Assembly: GCA_963808235.1 (NCBI GenBank)
Contig: CAWEEQ010000004.1
Coordinates: forward strand, 2,752,001 to 2,816,000
Direction: 5' to 3'
Length of the DNA: 64,000 nt
DNA from: an uncultured delta proteobacterium
GTDB taxonomy: Bacteria > Desulfobacterota > Binatia > Binatales > Binataceae
Numbering within the stretch: position 1 is the stretch's first letter; every line of letters starts with the position of its first letter. Made by a program: the position numbers and the translations under genes. The notes under the pieces are model-generated. The model did no database searches. It saw only the letters and a list, made by a program, of their open reading frames with translations, and was not told the DNA's origin. Shown piece after piece: positions 19,395 to 29,201 of the stretch.

Positions 19395-20711
19395 ATGGCC
19401 ACGTCTGCAAGAAAGCTCAAGGCAATTACCAAACACCGCACCAACGGAAACGGACGCGACTTCGACGTGCATGACCTCGGACTCGCCGAGGCCGGTCGCA
19501 AGCGGATCGAATGGGCCGACAAGCAGATGCCCGTCCTTCGCCGCCTGCGCGAACGCTTCGCCAAAGACCTGCCGCTCAAGGGGCAGCGCCTGGGCGCGTG
19601 CCTGCATATAACCTGCGAAACCGCCAACCTGCTCCGCACCCTGAAGGCGGGCGGTGCGGAAATCTTCGCATGCGCGTCGAATCCACTCTCGACGCAGGAC
19701 GACGTCGCAGCGGCGCTCGTCGATCAGTACGGCATCGCGACCTTCGCCATCCACGGCGAAGATCGTGACACCTACTACAGTCACCTGCGCGCCGTGCTCG
19801 AGCGCCGTCCGACGATCACGATGGACGATGGCGCCGATCTGGTTAGCCTGCTCCATACCGAGTTTGCCGACCAGGCCGACGAGGTCAAGGCGAGCATGGA
19901 GGAAACCACCACCGGCGTTATCCGCCTGCGCGCGATGGCGAAAGACGGAGCGCTCAAGATTCCAGTGGTCGCGGTCAATGACGCGCAGACCAAGCATCTG
20001 TTCGACAACCGCTACGGCACCGGACAGTCCACTCTCGACGGAATCATCCGTGCGACCGGCGTCCTGATCGCGGGCTCGGTGATCGTGGTGGCAGGCTACG
20101 GATATTGCGGACGCGGGATTGCGTCGCGCGCGCGCGGTCTGGGAGCCGACGTGATCGTGACGGAGGTCAATCCGATCCGCGCCCTGGAAGCCGCGATGGA
20201 CGGGTTCCGCGTGATGAAAATGATCGATGCGGCCAAGATCGGCGACATTTTCGTCAGCGCGACCGGCGACAAACACGTCCTCACCTCGGCTCACTTCTCA
20301 CTGATGAAGGACGGTGCGTTCCTCAGCAACTCGGGCCATTTCGATATCGAGATCGACGTCGCCTATCTCAACGACGCGGCCAAAAAAGTGGATCGCGACG
20401 TCACCCGCAACGTCGACGCGTATCATCTCTCGAACGGGCGCGTCGTGTATCTGCTCGGCGAAGGACGTCTGGTGAACCTCGCCTGCGCCGAGGGCCATCC
20501 CGCCCAGGTCATGGACATGAGCTTCGCGACGCAGGCGATGGCATCCGAATGGGTCGCCAAGGGCACGCAACTCCAGGTCCAGGTTCACGAAGTGCCGGTC
20601 GAGATCGAAGAAGAAATCGCCGCCGTAAAACTCGCCGCGATGAGCATCAAGATCGACACCCTCACCGCCGAGCAGCGCAAATACCTGGCAAGCTGGGAAT
20701 CCGGCACGTAA
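19395..20711 (+). CDS. ahcY: Adenosylhomocysteinase
   Basis: [46 protein letters not shown]. Confidence 0.97.
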   Translation: MATSARKLKAITKHRTNGNGRDFDVHDLGLAEAGRKRIEWADKQMPVLRRLRERFAKDLPLKGQRLGACLHITCETANLLRTLKAGGAEIFACASNPLSTQDDVAAALVDQYGIATFAIHGEDRDTYYSHLRAVLERRPTITMDDGADLVSLLHTEFADQADEVKASMEETTTGVIRLRAMAKDGALKIPVVAVNDAQTKHLFDNRYGTGQSTLDGIIRATGVLIAGSVIVVAGYGYCGRGIASRARGLGADVIVTEVNPIRALEAAMDGFRVMKMIDAAKIGDIFVSATGDKHVLTSAHFSLMKDGAFLSNSGHFDIEIDVAYLNDAAKKVDRDVTRNVDAYHLSNGRVVYLLGEGRLVNLACAEGHPAQVMDMSFATQAMASEWVAKGTQLQVQVHEVPVEIEEEIAAVKLAAMSIKIDTLTAEQRKYLASWESGT

Positions 20712-20832
20712 GCCACCGCGCGCGGAGAACTCAATAACCTCGGAGGTCGCACTTTTTCGGACGGTCAATCTTTCAGCCGGCCGAGAGCAAAAGACCGTCC
20801 GCGCTCTGTGGGCTGCTTTGCGATTGAATGGA

Positions 20833-20864
20833 CACTGGGTGCAGGGGTCGTCACCCCTGCCGCC
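20833..20864. repeat. REP-like palindromic repeat, copy 1
   Basis: CACTGGGTGCAGGGGTCGTCACCCCTGCCGCC, containing the stem GCAGGGGT/ACCCCTGC; near-identical copy at 45628-45656. Confidence 0.65.
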
Positions 20865-20929
20865 CCGCGCGTAGCGGTCCGAATGGCCACCCTTCCCCAC
20901 CCACTATTGCCCGATTCGAGGTTGCGACG

Positions 20930-21709
20930 ATGAAAGTGGAAAGAATCGATATCGAGCAGGCCCGCCACGCCAGCGGATTGCGAATCGTCACCCTCGCGCG
21001 CGTTCCCAGCCCGTGGGGCGAAGCTCTGAAGGGCATCCTGCACATCAAGCAAATCCCGCACGCGCGCGTCGGCCATGCGTTTGGCTCACCGACCAAGTCG
21101 CTTCAGGAATGGAGCGGGCAAGAGAGCTTTCCGGTCTTGGCATGGAATGACGAGCGTCCGCTCAGCACGTGGATCGAGCAGCTCTATCTCGCCGAGCGCC
21201 TTCAGCCGACGCCGCGCCTCATCCCGGAGCAGTTCGACGACAGAGTCCTGATGTTTGGTTATTGCAACGAGCTTTGCGGTGAGAACGGTCTAGGATGGAC
21301 CGAGCGGCTGCGCGGAGTACACGAGGCGCTCACGAAACCCGGTGGCGATCCGGCCGGCGTCTCGGCATATCTCGGCAAGAAGTACGGCTACACGCCGGAA
21401 ATCGGTGCGCGCGCCGCCGAACGAGTCGTTTCAATTCTGAATTCGTTCACGGCACGACTCGAGTCGCAGCGCGCTCGCGGGAGTCAATTCTTTGTCGGCG
21501 ACACGCTCTCCGCTCTCGATGTCTATTGGGCCGCGTTTACCAACATGATGAAACCGCTTGCGCCCGAGCTGATTCCGATGCCACGAAGGATTCGCGAGAT
21601 GTTCACGATCACCGAACCGACCATCGTCGCCGCGATGCCTCCGATACTGTTCGAGCATCGCGACTTAATCTTCAAGAACTACCTGGAACTGCCGGTGGAT
21701 CTGTCTTAG
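20930..21709 (+). CDS. Glutathione S-transferase-like protein (divergent)
   Basis: VPSPWGEALK N-terminal motif and FFVGDTLSALDVYWAAF GST C-domain motif. Confidence 0.7.
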   Translation: MKVERIDIEQARHASGLRIVTLARVPSPWGEALKGILHIKQIPHARVGHAFGSPTKSLQEWSGQESFPVLAWNDERPLSTWIEQLYLAERLQPTPRLIPEQFDDRVLMFGYCNELCGENGLGWTERLRGVHEALTKPGGDPAGVSAYLGKKYGYTPEIGARAAERVVSILNSFTARLESQRARGSQFFVGDTLSALDVYWAAFTNMMKPLAPELIPMPRRIREMFTITEPTIVAAMPPILFEHRDLIFKNYLELPVDLS

Positions 21710-21733
21710 TGGCGAGCGCCAGCGCGCTTCGGA

Positions 21734-23511
21734 TCAGCGCGCATGATGTTTGAGCTCGGCGTCTGGCGTCTCGTGAAGATAGTCGCCGGCCGCGAGGCCG
21801 CGCGGGTTGCGATCGCGGATCGCCGTCACCACGTTCTTCAGCGCCGCGATTAATTCGGTCTCGCTCAGGCGCGGATAGAGCACTCTCGCGAGCCGACTGC
21901 CGTCGCGAGCGCCGCCCACCATCAAGACGTAATCATTCTTGCCGTAGCCAACTATCCCAATCTCGGCGGTCGGCGGACGCGAGCAACCGTTGGGACATCC
22001 CGCCATCCGGATCATGACGTCCACATCGCCGAGGCCCGCGCGCTCGCAGTTCGGCGAGATAGCGCGGCAGCACCAGCTCTGCATGAGTCATCGCAAGTCC
22101 GCAAGTCGGCTTGGCCGGACACGCCATCGCCAGCCGTTGCAGCTTGGGTACTTCGGCCATCGAAAGGTACGCCATGTTCGGCAAGCGTCCGCTCGATCCA
22201 CTCGCGCTTTGCGCCTGGGACGTGCGCGAGGATCAGATGCTGGTTGGACGTGATACGCACGCCGACTTCCGAAATTTCTTCGACGATGCGCCGAATCGCG
22301 CTCCGATAACGAGCCTTCGGCTCGTCGCGCACTCGTCCACTCGGAATCATGATCCCAACGTAAAGATGGTCGTCCTCGCCTGCTTCCCGATGCCATCCCA
22401 AATGATCGCGCACCGGCGGCAGCGGCACAGGCTCAGCATCGGCGAGCGCGATTTCAAAGCGGTCGCGCAACATCTCTTTGACCGCATCCACTCCGAGTCG
22501 GCGAATCGTGTATTTCCAGCGCGCCGCGCGCCGGTTGCGACGCTCGCCATTCTCCCGCTGTATCGTCGCGATCGCGCGCACCGTATCGAGCACCTGGTCG
22601 CGCTGGACCACGCCCAGGTAGAGCGCGAGCAGCGGCATCGTGTCGGCCTGATTGTGCGTCATGCCCATACCGCCGCCGCTGTAGAGATCGTAGCCGGCGA
22701 CCTCGCGCCCGTTCACGCGCGGGATGAAGCCGACATCCTGAGTCAGCAGATCGACACTGTTGTCATGCGGATGCGCAAAACCGACCTTGAACTTGCGCGG
22801 CAGATATTGCGCGCCGTATATCGGCTCGTCCGAATTGAGCGGCGCGAGCTGTTCACCGTTGCGGTCGGTAAGGAACACCTGGTGGTAGGCCGAGCTGCGC
22901 GGCGCCATCTCGCGCGCCACCGCATGAGCCAGTTCGCGCGAGTCCAGCGGAAGATCGGCGTCCAGGTCATCAATCGGGCTCGCGACAGTATTGCGGTTCA
23001 CGTCGCCGCACGCGCCGAGCGTGGTCAGCTGGTAGCCGGTACCAGCGTGAATCGAGTTGATCGCTCGAATCATCCGATGCAGATTGTGCCCGCGCACGTA
23101 GTGGAATTGGATGCCCTGGCGCGCAGTAAGCCGGATGCTGCCGTCGGCATATCGCGCTGCAGCCGCGTCGAGCGCAAGCCACTGCGCGGGTGTGAGTTCG
23201 CCACCGGCCGGATTCTTCACCCGCACCATGAAGATGAAGTCGCCGTCTTTCTTGCCGCTCTCGTTGCGCTCGCGTTGTTTGTAGATGCCGAAATGCTTGG
23301 CGATTTCCTTGGCGTGCTCGGTGATCGTCTCGGCCTCGCGCGCGCTCAGCGCATCGATCTCAGAGCGCATCGTATGCCGGCTCTCGTGCGTCGAGTGGAC
23401 GTAAAAGAGACCGGCGCTCTCGTGCTTCAGGCGCTCCACGGTCGACATCTCTGCCGTGCTCGCGTTTACGAGCGTGATCGGCTCGCCATGATGGTGATGC
23501 TTGGATTCCAT
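21734..23511 (-). CDS. Sulfite/nitrite reductase siroheme-[4Fe-4S] hemoprotein (CysI/Sir-like), frameshifted at about 22164 and 22047
   Basis: FMVRVKNPAGG, RLTARQGIQFH, LGACGDVNRN, LPRKFK in ORF 22012..23511; MACPAKPTC in ORF 21933..22184; AGCPNGC in ORF 21734..22084. True end is 21734 or 21706. Confidence 0.85.
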
Positions 23512-23613
23512 TGCTGCGATTTTCAGTTAAAAGGATCGCGCGCCTCGACGCGAGACCCACTGGCTGGTAGCTGATAATAGCACGCGTTACGATTTGCACC
23601 GGAGGAGACGGAA

Positions 23614-24906
23614 ATGGCGGATCGTCACGATAGTCCCGATTTGCATTCCGAGCATCCGATCAGCGAAGCGTTGTCTCGCATCGCGAAGGAGCGCGGATGG
23701 ACCCCCGAGCTGACGCGCCGCGCCGCGGCGCTGCATGTGCCAATCGCCGAGCTGAATTCGTGGGGATGGACCGGCTTGTCGCTGGAACAGACCGCGGCAC
23801 AACTCGCGTGGTACGAGCGCCTGACCGTCGGTGATTTGCGCGGACGCGAAGCCGCATACACCGACAACGATTTGTTCTCCGACCTGTGGGCCGACTCGCC
23901 CGAAGAAATCGGCGAATGGGAGATCACCGTCGAGCGCGGACCCGACGCCTTCGCGCAGTTCAAGCTGCAGGAGAATGTGCATCTGCCGGTTCTCGCACTC
24001 GGGCCTCAACTCATCGCATGCTGCGGCTTCTCGCGCCGAAACGTTTTGATCGCCGGCCGGCGGGTGTCTGTGGTCTATGGACAGGCGCTGCGGGTGCGCC
24101 GCTCTGCCCGGCGGATGGGATACGGCGATCAGGTGCGGCGCCTGGGCGGCCCGCCGGGGATTGGACGGCCGGCCATCGGCCAATACGACATCATGCGCGC
24201 GCAGAACTTCGCGGTCGTAAGCTGGTGGCAGAAATTTGTTCCCGATAGCTTTGCGAACGTGCCTGTCCGCGACGGATCCGTGCCCGGTATCCCGGTCTCG
24301 GTCGCGCAGTTTCCGGCGCAAATCGGCGGCCAGCAAGATGCCGCTGTTCGTCCCGCCCGCCGCGAGGACCTCGACGCATGCGTTGAGCTGATCAATCGCA
24401 CTCATACTGGAACTGACCTCTTCCGTCCGTACAGCGTCGAGTCCCTGGAGAATACACTCGACGAAGGATTCTGGGGCGCCACGCCGGCAAGGACCGGCAA
24501 TGCTGCGATAGACTGGTGGGCAAGCATCTACGGCTGGCGCGATTATTTCGTGCTCGAAGAAGGCGGCCGCATCCACGCATGCGCGGGCCTATGGGATCGA
24601 GGTCGCGACGTGCGCGAGCGATGGCGCCGCGTCGGTGGCAAGGAAGAGCGCACCATCGCGAGCACCTGCGTCCTCGACTTCGGATTCGCGCAAGGAGCCG
24701 AAGCAGCGATGGCGCGCCTGCTGCGCACGCTCATCGCTCGCACCCATGAGCTCGGCCGCGACTATCTCTTGATTTCGCTCGATCACATGCCCAGGCTCGC
24801 GACCGAGACAGAGAGCCTCAAACCTGAGCTCGATACCAGGTCACTGCGATGGGTCATCAAGGATCCCGCAATCACGCGGCCATACACGGACCTGCGCTAC
24901 TGGTGA
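23614..24906 (+). CDS. Hypothetical protein, possible tandem GNAT-fold
   Basis: 430 aa with GGAGGAG RBS; LRVRRSARRMGYG resembles GNAT motif A; second VRPARREDLDACVELIN...YFVLEEGGRIHACAGLW segment. Confidence 0.6.
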   Translation: MADRHDSPDLHSEHPISEALSRIAKERGWTPELTRRAAALHVPIAELNSWGWTGLSLEQTAAQLAWYERLTVGDLRGREAAYTDNDLFSDLWADSPEEIGEWEITVERGPDAFAQFKLQENVHLPVLALGPQLIACCGFSRRNVLIAGRRVSVVYGQALRVRRSARRMGYGDQVRRLGGPPGIGRPAIGQYDIMRAQNFAVVSWWQKFVPDSFANVPVRDGSVPGIPVSVAQFPAQIGGQQDAAVRPARREDLDACVELINRTHTGTDLFRPYSVESLENTLDEGFWGATPARTGNAAIDWWASIYGWRDYFVLEEGGRIHACAGLWDRGRDVRERWRRVGGKEERTIASTCVLDFGFAQGAEAAMARLLRTLIARTHELGRDYLLISLDHMPRLATETESLKPELDTRSLRWVIKDPAITRPYTDLRYW

Positions 24907-26945
24907 TCGGAACGCAATGCAGCCGGCGAGACTCGCACCGTCAGGACGTGAGGTCCGCGGAAATAGCTGTCAAATTCGCCGCCTACGTAATTCCAATTGT
25001 CACCCGGATTGAACCAGGCATCCATCTTTGGCATGAACGGCGCCAGCAGCAGATTCAAGATACCCAGGTCCGGGCGCATATCGAGGCGGACCAGATCGCC
25101 TCGATACAAGAGCCAGCGTTCCGGTCGATCCGGCGCCGACGCCTCGACGCCGAAGATCTCCGGTCCGGGCACGCATGCGAACGCATGAAATTTGATTTCC
25201 CGAATTCCACTGCGAAGGCTCGCGACGATCATCATCAGCTCGGACGCGCCGGCGAATGAATCGGCTGGCACATTGAGCCGTGACTTGCGCACCTTCATCT
25301 CGCCCGCCGCGTAGTTGGCGCATGAAGCGACCCCGGATTTGGTGTCGAGGGTGTCGACCATTAGAACGGTTCCATCGGCGTTGTAAAACGAGTGCTCGTA
25401 AGTGTCGAGCCTGAGCGTTGAATCAGAGGTTCCGACCGACAGCCGTTCGATTTCACTATCGCGCTCGCCATCGACGTATTTGCTCTCCCCCTTGATCACC
25501 TCGGCAGATTTCTCGCGCGAGGCTGTGAAACGAGTTGCGCCGATCGTTTGCTTGCCGTCCGGACTCAGAATCTTCAACTGGAGCGCATCGGAGTCGAAGA
25601 CGCCGGCCGGATTCGCAGCCGCATTCGTCCACATCGCAACGCTCCCAGCTATCGAGAATACGATTGCAAGAGTTGGGAAGACTCGGATCGTCACGTGCCG
25701 TGCTGCATATCCGACGCGAACGGGAGCGGTGGAATAGCGGCCGGATTTCAGTTCGACGGTTCGATGGTGAGAAATCAGAGCCTCGAGAATTTCGGGCACT
25801 TCAAATACAGCGCGGTTGTCGAACGCTGCTACGCCGGCGCGCAAGCGATCGAACTGTTCGCGATCCGACATCGTAGATACCGCATCGGCTATCTCGCGGA
25901 ACGAAGGCAGAACTATTCCGAGCTGATTTCGCTCAATCCAATCGGTGTTGAAGCGCTCCTGCACCATCGTCCACCGGTTGCGTTCCACAATTAAGGGAAG
26001 GCCCATCACCAGCGCTTCACTGATGCTGCCCGGCCCCGGCTTGCCGATGAAAAAATCCGCCAGCTTCATGAAGAAGGGAATTTCATCCGTGAAGCCGACA
26101 CAATGAAACGGGTAGGACAGCCACATGTCTTCGATCTGCTCGCGCAGCTTGTCATTGTGACCGCATACAAAAATGAGTTGAGCCTTCACTTGCGCGGCTT
26201 CGATCCTTCTGGCGATCGATGCCATCTGGCTCGAGCCATAGCTGCCGAACATCACGATTCCGGTCGGCAAATCAGGATCAAGTCCCAGCCGGCTGCGCTC
26301 GGCTTCGCGGTTCACCTCCATCGGTCGATAGAACTCAGGACGCACGATCATCCCCGAGCTGCGGAACACGCGCTCGCGCGCATGTCCCATCGCGATTGCC
26401 TGCCTCGCCGCGGTCGCGGTGCCGCATACAAGGTACTGCCGCTGACGTTCGATCCAGAAGTGAGGCGGATAGTCGGCGAGGTCGGTAAGAATCGTGACCA
26501 TCGGAGTTTCGGATCGTGCTTCGGCCGCATCAGCTTGCCGCAAGCCTTCGAAAATCGCGTGATTGAAATTGGGGATCATGGATACCACAAGGTCGGGCTG
26601 CGAGCGCTGCCAATGCCGCGCAAGCAACTTGATCATCGTCGGCTCAAGCTGCCGAATCAGCATCTGGGTTATTCGCAGCAACGGGCCCGTGCCGATAGTA
26701 AGGCCGTATTTGAGCTGCGTGTTGTAGAAGTCCTCAATGCGAACGCCGGTTAGGCGTCGGACCATGTCGGCCGGTTCGAGCAGATCGCGCAGGTTGATCA
26801 GATTGATATGCCACGAACGATGCTGTTGCTCGGCCACCGAAATCAACGCCCTCGCCGAAGCGCGATGCCCACCGCCCGCATCGAAGTAGATCAGATCGAT
26901 TTGCGCCTCGGGGTAGTTCGTCGATTGGCGACGATAAGTAGTCAC
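24897..26945 (-). CDS. MGDG-synthase/UgtP-like GT28 glycosyltransferase read in frame with a hydrophobic segment and an unknown C-terminal domain
   Basis: DAGGGHRASARA, TILTDL..HFW, IVRPEF, VCGHN, GFTDEIP, GKPGPGSISEA, QERFN in about the first 390 aa; then VFPTLAIVFSIAGSVAMW and about 240 aa of unknown function. Confidence 0.8.
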   Translation of the reverse strand: MTTYRRQSTNYPEAQIDLIYFDAGGGHRASARALISVAEQQHRSWHINLINLRDLLEPADMVRRLTGVRIEDFYNTQLKYGLTIGTGPLLRITQMLIRQLEPTMIKLLARHWQRSQPDLVVSMIPNFNHAIFEGLRQADAAEARSETPMVTILTDLADYPPHFWIERQRQYLVCGTATAARQAIAMGHARERVFRSSGMIVRPEFYRPMEVNREAERSRLGLDPDLPTGIVMFGSYGSSQMASIARRIEAAQVKAQLIFVCGHNDKLREQIEDMWLSYPFHCVGFTDEIPFFMKLADFFIGKPGPGSISEALVMGLPLIVERNRWTMVQERFNTDWIERNQLGIVLPSFREIADAVSTMSDREQFDRLRAGVAAFDNRAVFEVPEILEALISHHRTVELKSGRYSTAPVRVGYAARHVTIRVFPTLAIVFSIAGSVAMWTNAAANPAGVFDSDALQLKILSPDGKQTIGATRFTASREKSAEVIKGESKYVDGERDSEIERLSVGTSDSTLRLDTYEHSFYNADGTVLMVDTLDTKSGVASCANYAAGEMKVRKSRLNVPADSFAGASELMMIVASLRSGIREIKFHAFACVPGPEIFGVEASAPDRPERWLLYRGDLVRLDMRPDLGILNLLLAPFMPKMDAWFNPGDNWNYVGGEFDSYFRGPHVLTVRVSPAALRSDHQ

Positions 26946-27733
26946 GACGCCACCACCTGCGACATCGTTGCGTATGCTGGAATGCTCTGCTCTGAAACGT
27001 TCCAGTGCACGACCCGCAGCGTACCGTCTTGATCCTCAACCACCGCTGTTCGGTTCTGCACCCAATCTCCGTCATTCACGTACAAGACGGTTCCGATCAG
27101 GCGAAGATCAGAGCGATGAATATGCCCGCAAATCACGCCGTCGGCTTGGTGATCGCGGGCGGCAGCCAGCACCGCCCGATCGCGAAAGTCAGTAAGATAC
27201 TCAATGGCCTTGCGGGCGGGGTAACGGAAATAATCGGAAAACGAGCGGCCTTCATCTCGCCCTGCACTCTGACGATGGTACCAGTCGTGGATCCGCTGAG
27301 CGCGCGCATAGCCCTGAGATCCAATTATCGGCAGCAAACGATTTGGATTGAGCGAGCCATCGAACTGATGCCCATGGATCACCAGCATCCTGGCACCGTC
27401 GGACGTGACGTGAATCAGCGAGCTCGCGCAGGGAATTGGGCCGAGCAGCTCTTCAACCAGCGGGACTCTGAACTCATCATGATTTCCGGGAATGAATACT
27501 ACATTGGCGCCTCGACGATGCCACTGCACAATCTCGTTGACCAGTTCCTGCTGAGCCGGACTCCAGTACCAGGAAGGTCCCCAGTTCCATCCATCGACTA
27601 TATCGCCAACCAGGTAGAGGGTCTCCGCAACGTGATGACGAAGAAAATCGAGCAACGAACCTGCTTTGCATGCACGGGTTCCTAGATGAATGTCGGATAT
27701 CCAGATCGCTCGGTAATAGCTCGGTTGAATCAT
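26942..27733 (-). CDS. Calcineurin-like metallophosphoesterase (LpxH-like / PlcP-type)
   Basis: WISDIHLG, LVGDIVDGW, IPGNHDE, IHGH, CGHIH, YVNDGDWV; 4-bp overlap with the GT gene. Confidence 0.88.
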   Translation of the reverse strand: MIQPSYYRAIWISDIHLGTRACKAGSLLDFLRHHVAETLYLVGDIVDGWNWGPSWYWSPAQQELVNEIVQWHRRGANVVFIPGNHDEFRVPLVEELLGPIPCASSLIHVTSDGARMLVIHGHQFDGSLNPNRLLPIIGSQGYARAQRIHDWYHRQSAGRDEGRSFSDYFRYPARKAIEYLTDFRDRAVLAAARDHQADGVICGHIHRSDLRLIGTVLYVNDGDWVQNRTAVVEDQDGTLRVVHWNVSEQSIPAYATMSQVVAS

Positions 27734-28112
27734 GGCCCACCTCTTCTCCGCCCCTGACTCGCGTTGAAGGCAACACGAGCGTTCCTTCCGCCTGTATCCT
27801 ACGACCCGCCGATAAGACCTCCGTGACCGTTCCTGCACTCGGTCGCGACTCTACACTTGTATGCAATCAGATCGGGTCTTCGACAACTATACAAACAGTT
27901 AACTGAGCCTGAAGAGTGAGATATGGGAAGATGATAAGTGCATTAGCAACTTGATACTCCACTGTTAACGCATGACTACACCGCAGAGTAGCTATTTGAG
28001 CGGCGAAGGGATCTCACAGGGATCAGCTTCTTGACCTACAGTTGACGCGGATCCTATTGTGCAGCGCGTTGGCCGCACTCTGACGCGAATAGCAAAAGGG
28101 GGGTTCCTCAAA

Positions 28113-28340
28113 ATGCCACAGGCCGTTCTAACTGTCGTTCCCGGCAAGCAGCCCGATTTGTCGGACGCGGTAGCCCTCGCAACCGACATGAAACAGAAGG
28201 GTCGAATCTATGACTGGAGACCCGCGGGATCGCCCCGAGGCATAAGCGTCATATTAAACGACGGTACTAGTTCCAGCGATAGGCTCGAGATCGCGAACGA
28301 GTTCAAAGCCCTCGGCTACAACGTAATCGAAGTCCCGTAA
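28113..28340 (+). CDS. Small hypothetical protein (75 aa)
   Basis: MPQAVLTVVPGKQ...FKALGYNVIEVP*, with a G-rich RBS-like stretch upstream; no family recognised. Confidence 0.5.
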   Translation: MPQAVLTVVPGKQPDLSDAVALATDMKQKGRIYDWRPAGSPRGISVILNDGTSSSDRLEIANEFKALGYNVIEVP

Positions 28341-28375
28341 GTGCTGTTGCTTAAAAACTGAAAGCCGCTTGATCG

Positions 28376-29074
28376 CTACTCGTCGAGTTTGACGCGCGAC
28401 CAGCGGCGGTAGATCTCGCCGCATCCTACCGACGCGGCGATCAGCAACAGCGCGAGAAGGAATTTTCGCGACAGCGGATGCCATAGTGCGTCACCCAGGA
28501 ACGCGAACAGGATCGTTCCGGGGACCATCCCGATCATAGTCGCCCAGAAGTAATCGCGAAACGCAATCGGCGACGCGCCCGCCAGCAGGTTCAGCGCGTT
28601 GTACGGAATCACGGGTACCATTCGTAAGTAAAAGATTATCTGGAAGCCGTGTTTCGCGATCTTCTGGAGCATCGACTGGAACCGCTCGCCGACGATCTGC
28701 TCGACGAACGATTTGCCGAGAAACCTGCCCGCAGCGAATGCGAGCAGCGCGCCGGCGTCACCGCCGATTAGCGAATAAACCGATCCCCACGCGGTGCCGA
28801 ACGCCAGGCCGCCCGCAATCGTCATCACCGCTCCCGGCACCAGGAACGACGGACCGACCGCGTAGAGCAGCATGAAGACCAGCGGCCCCCATACGCCCCA
28901 CTGTAGGACTTCGACTTTGACCAACGCGGGGTTGCGGAACCATTCGGAGTGCGCAATCAGGAGCCAGACGGAGCCGCCGACCAGGATTGCGATGATCGCA
29001 ATCTTCACGACGTTCATCAGCGTCGAGCCGGCGCGAGCCTTTCCCGGGCTGCCGATTGGTTTAACTGCGGCCAT
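28376..29074 (-). CDS. TVP38/TMEM64 (VTT/DedA superfamily) membrane protein
   Basis: VPGAVMTIAGGLAFG, RMVPVIPYNALNLLAG, TMIGMVPGT. Confidence 0.9.
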   Translation of the reverse strand: MAAVKPIGSPGKARAGSTLMNVVKIAIIAILVGGSVWLLIAHSEWFRNPALVKVEVLQWGVWGPLVFMLLYAVGPSFLVPGAVMTIAGGLAFGTAWGSVYSLIGGDAGALLAFAAGRFLGKSFVEQIVGERFQSMLQKIAKHGFQIIFYLRMVPVIPYNALNLLAGASPIAFRDYFWATMIGMVPGTILFAFLGDALWHPLSRKFLLALLLIAASVGCGEIYRRWSRVKLDE

Positions 29075-29201
29075 TAGCGTTCAATAATATCGGGCGCAAG
29101 TGCCACGCGCCACGGCTCTGCGAGCGCGTTTGTGAGCGCATCGCGATGCTACTAAAGTCGGCGCAGTCACCAACACTATCACCGCGAAAGGAATTACCTC
29201 G

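Noticed and set aside
21933-22184. Programmed frameshifting or selenocysteine recoding in the sulfite reductase
   Set aside because: No slippery heptamer and no in-frame TGA at a Cys position. The pattern matches the other insertion errors in the window
27740-27990. Pho box upstream of the PlcP-like gene
   Set aside because: Partial GTCA-like half sites are not at 11-bp spacing, so the site is not supportable
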